DNA from: an uncultured delta proteobacterium
GTDB taxonomy: Bacteria > Desulfobacterota > Binatia > Binatales > Binataceae
Length of the DNA stretch: 64,000 nt
Direction of reading: 5' to 3'
Assembly (NCBI GenBank): GCA_963794325.1
Contig: CAWCDG010000005.1
Coordinates: forward strand, 352,001 to 416,000
Below, piece after piece: positions 63,001 through 64,000 of this stretch; the stretch's first letter is position 1, and every line of letters begins with the position of its first letter. The position numbers were made by a program, and so were the translations under genes. Below the pieces are notes generated by a model. The model made no database searches. It was not told where the DNA came from and saw only the letters and a program-made list of their open reading frames with translations.

Positions 63001-64000
63001 GATTCAGAATCGAACTCGGAGAAATCGAGGCGGCTCTCGCGCGACATACTTCGGTGCGTCAAGCGATCGTGTCGGCGCATCAGGACGTCCACGGAGAGAA
63101 GCGGCTGGTTGCCTACGTCGTCGGCGACCCCGAGCATCCGCCGACCGCCAATGACCTGCGCAGTTTTCTGAAGGACAAGGTTCCCGAATACATGGTGCCT
63201 TCGGTCTTCCTGTTGCTTGAGACGCTTCCTACTATGCCCAACGGAAAAGTGGATCGGCGTGCGCTGCCAAAGCCAGACCAAACGCGACCCGAGATGGGTA
63301 GAACATTTGTGGGGCCGCGAGACGAGCTGGAACTACAACTGACCGGTCTCTGGGAAGAAGTCCTGGGTATCCGGCCGATCGGGGTAACCGACAATTTCTT
63401 CGAGCTCGGCGGGCATTCTCTGCTGGCGGTGCGCTTGTTTGCGCTAATCGACAAGCGGATGGGTAAGAGACTTCCGCTAGCGGCTCTTTTTCGAGGAGCA
63501 ACCATCGAAGGTCTGGCTGAGATCGTGCGTAAGAACTCTTTGTCAGTGACACCGTCATCGCTGGTGCCTATCCAGCCTGACGGCAGCAAACGACCGCTCT
63601 TCCTCGTGCATCCCGCTGGTGGACATGTGTTTCCGTTCATTGGGTTGGCGCAATGTCTAGGTCTCGATCAGCCCTGTTACGGGTTGCAAGCCCGGGGCGT
63701 GGAAAATGGGCAGGAACCACACACCCGGATCGAGGACATGGCCGCTTGTTACGTTGAAGCTATTCAGTCCGTGCAGTCGGAAGGTCCCTATCTGTTAGGC
63801 GGCTGGTCGATGGGCGGTGAGATAGCATTCGAGATGGCTCAGCAGCTGCACGCGCGGGGACAGAGAGTGGCGTTGCTGGCTCTACTCGACGCTCGCATTC
63901 CCTCCACCGCTGAGAATGTTACCGACGAAGATTTTGAAGCAATGTTGATGGCCGATGTCGTCCGCTATTTCGGTCTTTCGGCGGATTTCAGTGCGTCCCT
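57003..64000 (+). CDS. Bimodular NRPS C-A-T-C-A-T-TE, 3' end outside window (absent from the ORF track because no stop is reached)
   Basis: GTG 57003 overlaps the PKS stop; MPDVSNRIAGLSSAEKRALL.., HHIVIDF, YTSGSTGQPKG, LGGHSL, HHIVSDG, second A and T domains, TE GWSMGG at about 63800 in the same frame. Confidence 0.93.
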   Translation, partial: MPDVSNRIAGLSSAEKRALLADLLREKARAVESFYPLSYNQQGIWFLSQLAPESMVYNVSFAARITSELDVPALRRSFQALVDRHPCLRTTFTVRSGKPVQRIHQGAKVHFEELDASAWSRDEIESRLTDEAHRPFDLEQGPLLRVSVFKRSEREHYLLLVVHHIVIDFWSLAILLNELGVLYPAEAADRRATLPPLHLQYGDYVRWQSEMLAGAEGERLWGYWRKQLAGSLPVLELPTDRPRQPIQTHRGGSHDFVLSDELSGKLKLLAKAQGATLYVVMLAAFQAMLHYLSGQDDLIVGSPVVGRSRAEFEEIVGLFTNPVFLRVSLSGNPTFQEFVSHVRHTALDALEHQDFPTLLLVERLKPARDLSRPPICQVMFVLDKPHGLAEQGAPTFVHGEAGPTMNSGGLVLESFPLEHRSASLDLVLLVVESTQSLSISMRYNAELFDHSTITRFGKYFEVLLQHVVSHPDARLSALAEVLDAADPKHQSAAREELEILDDGERARVLEEFNQTAAPYPDEVCIQRLFEEQVERTPDRVALTFENQNLTYAQLNARANQLAHYLRARAVGPEVLVAICMERSLEMVVALLGVLKAGGAYLPIDPAYPRERLAFVLENARAQVLLTTEPLREHMPDQGVQLVCLDSDWESIARESCDNPPNVTTAGNLAYVIYTSGSTGQPKGVMVEHRGLSNTVKWLSQTLAITADDSTLLKTPITFDAAGRELFPTLLAGAHLVIVEPDAHRDTRYVAEKMRDHSVSILHCVPSFLRLLIAESAFADAVTLRAVMSGGEALTPDIVAEFGRRSKASLYNVYGPTETIIDSAYWLCDGTSDASIVPIGRPIPNARMYILNRALRPVPIGVSGELYIGGVSLARGYLNLPGLTAEKFIPDPFSGEPGKRLYKTGDLARYLPDGNIQYLGRGDYQVKIRGFRIELGEIEAALTQYSSIAQAVVTVHEGAHGERRLVAYVVAQPDCAPTPIELRTFLKDKLPDHMVPAVFLMLDRFPLTPNGKVDRRALPAPTDTRPELARAFVEFRTPTEELLVGIWSQVLGVERVGIYDDFFDLGGHSLLATQVVSRIRETFQVEMPLRRLFETPTVADLADSLDLSRRDDKSLQLTPIQPVPRDGDLPLSFAQQRLWFIDQLDPGNSVYNFPVAVRLKGSLNLAALEQSLNEIVRRHEALRTTFSTVDGQPIQVIAPRLTIGLPVIDLRELSEAERENEVQRLVVEEARRPFDLAKGPLLRASVLQLAEDEQVGLLTMHHIVSDGWSAGILVREMAALYQAYCSESPSPLLELPIQYADFAYWQREWLQGEVLQRQIDYWKKQLEGAPPLLELPEDHPRLAVQTFRGNHQSLLLPKEVGRALKALSRDEAATLFMTLLAAFKVLLHCYTRQDDVVVGTPVANRNRLEIEGLIGFFVNALVLRTDLSGDPSFRELVLRVRKVCVDAYAHQDLPFERLVEELHIERDLSRNPLFQVMFVLQNAPMQAVELPGLSLNPVIADGGTTHFDLTLHIVDSEQGLLGTVAYNTDLFDADTITRMLGHFQTLLETIVKDPDQRLSHLSLLTDAERQQVLVGRNDIPHDYVPGPGITELFEAQVERTPDAIALVFEDQHLTYRELNVRANRLAHSLRKLNVGLEVAVGVCLERSLELVISLLGVLKAGGVYLPLDPAYPKQRIGFMLHDANASVLVTEKRLIQNLPEHGARVICLDSDAESLSRESAENPASSVEPENLAYIIYTSGSTGQPKGVLVSHGSIAEHCRDAEKYYELKPTDRVLQLASMSFDLSLEQILPTLIVGARLVVVKELWRAEEFHSRAAELELTVVDLPTGYWQELVQEWEGAAEPVLNSQYRLFVVGGETMLPEILALWLRTALSSVRLINAYGPTEATITATAFETASRCGTNARLHRVPIGRPLANREIYILDGHCNPVPIGIPGELHIGGRSLARGYMNRPDLTAEKFIPNPFSNIAGARMYKTGDLARHLPDGNIEYIGRTDHQVKIRGFRIELGEIEAALARHTSVRQAIVSAHQDVHGEKRLVAYVVGDPEHPPTANDLRSFLKDKVPEYMVPSVFLLLETLPTMPNGKVDRRALPKPDQTRPEMGRTFVGPRDELELQLTGLWEEVLGIRPIGVTDNFFELGGHSLLAVRLFALIDKRMGKRLPLAALFRGATIEGLAEIVRKNSLSVTPSSLVPIQPDGSKRPLFLVHPAGGHVFPFIGLAQCLGLDQPCYGLQARGVENGQEPHTRIEDMAACYVEAIQSVQSEGPYLLGGWSMGGEIAFEMAQQLHARGQRVALLALLDARIPSTAENVTDEDFEAMLMADVVRYFGLSADFSAS

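Noticed and set aside
57010-63640. Many short ORFs suggesting a fragmented region
   Set aside because: All are alternate-frame shadows; the NRPS frame from 57003 stays open to the window end

Overview
GC-rich bacterial chromosomal window; gene content and style suggest Candidatus Binatota or a related deltaproteobacteria-like lineage (inference only). From left to right: (1) Ara4N lipid A modification genes (ArnA-type formyltransferase, arnC, arnT), a RodZ-like gene, a PLP aldolase, purE, an HPP protein, an amidohydrolase and a FecR-domain protein. (2) A 13-kb redox cluster (9.4-22.7 kb): LVIVD/multiheme c lipoprotein, outer-membrane beta-barrel, tandem GlcG/HbpS heme-binding protein, tetraheme cytochrome, a multiheme-TM-flavoprotein fusion, a 4-His membrane protein and a 2x cNMP/4x[4Fe-4S] protein. 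This looks like a complete cyclic-nucleotide-linked trans-envelope electron conduit and is the best candidate for an undescribed system. (3) Metabolic genes including an S1P-lyase-like enzyme paired with an FGGY kinase. (4) A rearranged SDR/SnoaL/AraC island. (5) A ThDP lyase whose 3' end is duplicated around an inserted Crp gene, and three atypical Crp/Fnr paralogs with a recurring 14-bp palindrome GT(T)NY-N4-RN(A)AC upstream of them and of the BGC. (6) Hydrolases and small secreted stress proteins. (7) A FAAL-PKS-NRPS lipopeptide cluster running off the right end. Four genes are split by single extra bases in G/C runs, most likely sequencing indels. No rRNA, tRNA, CRISPR array or transposase was seen.
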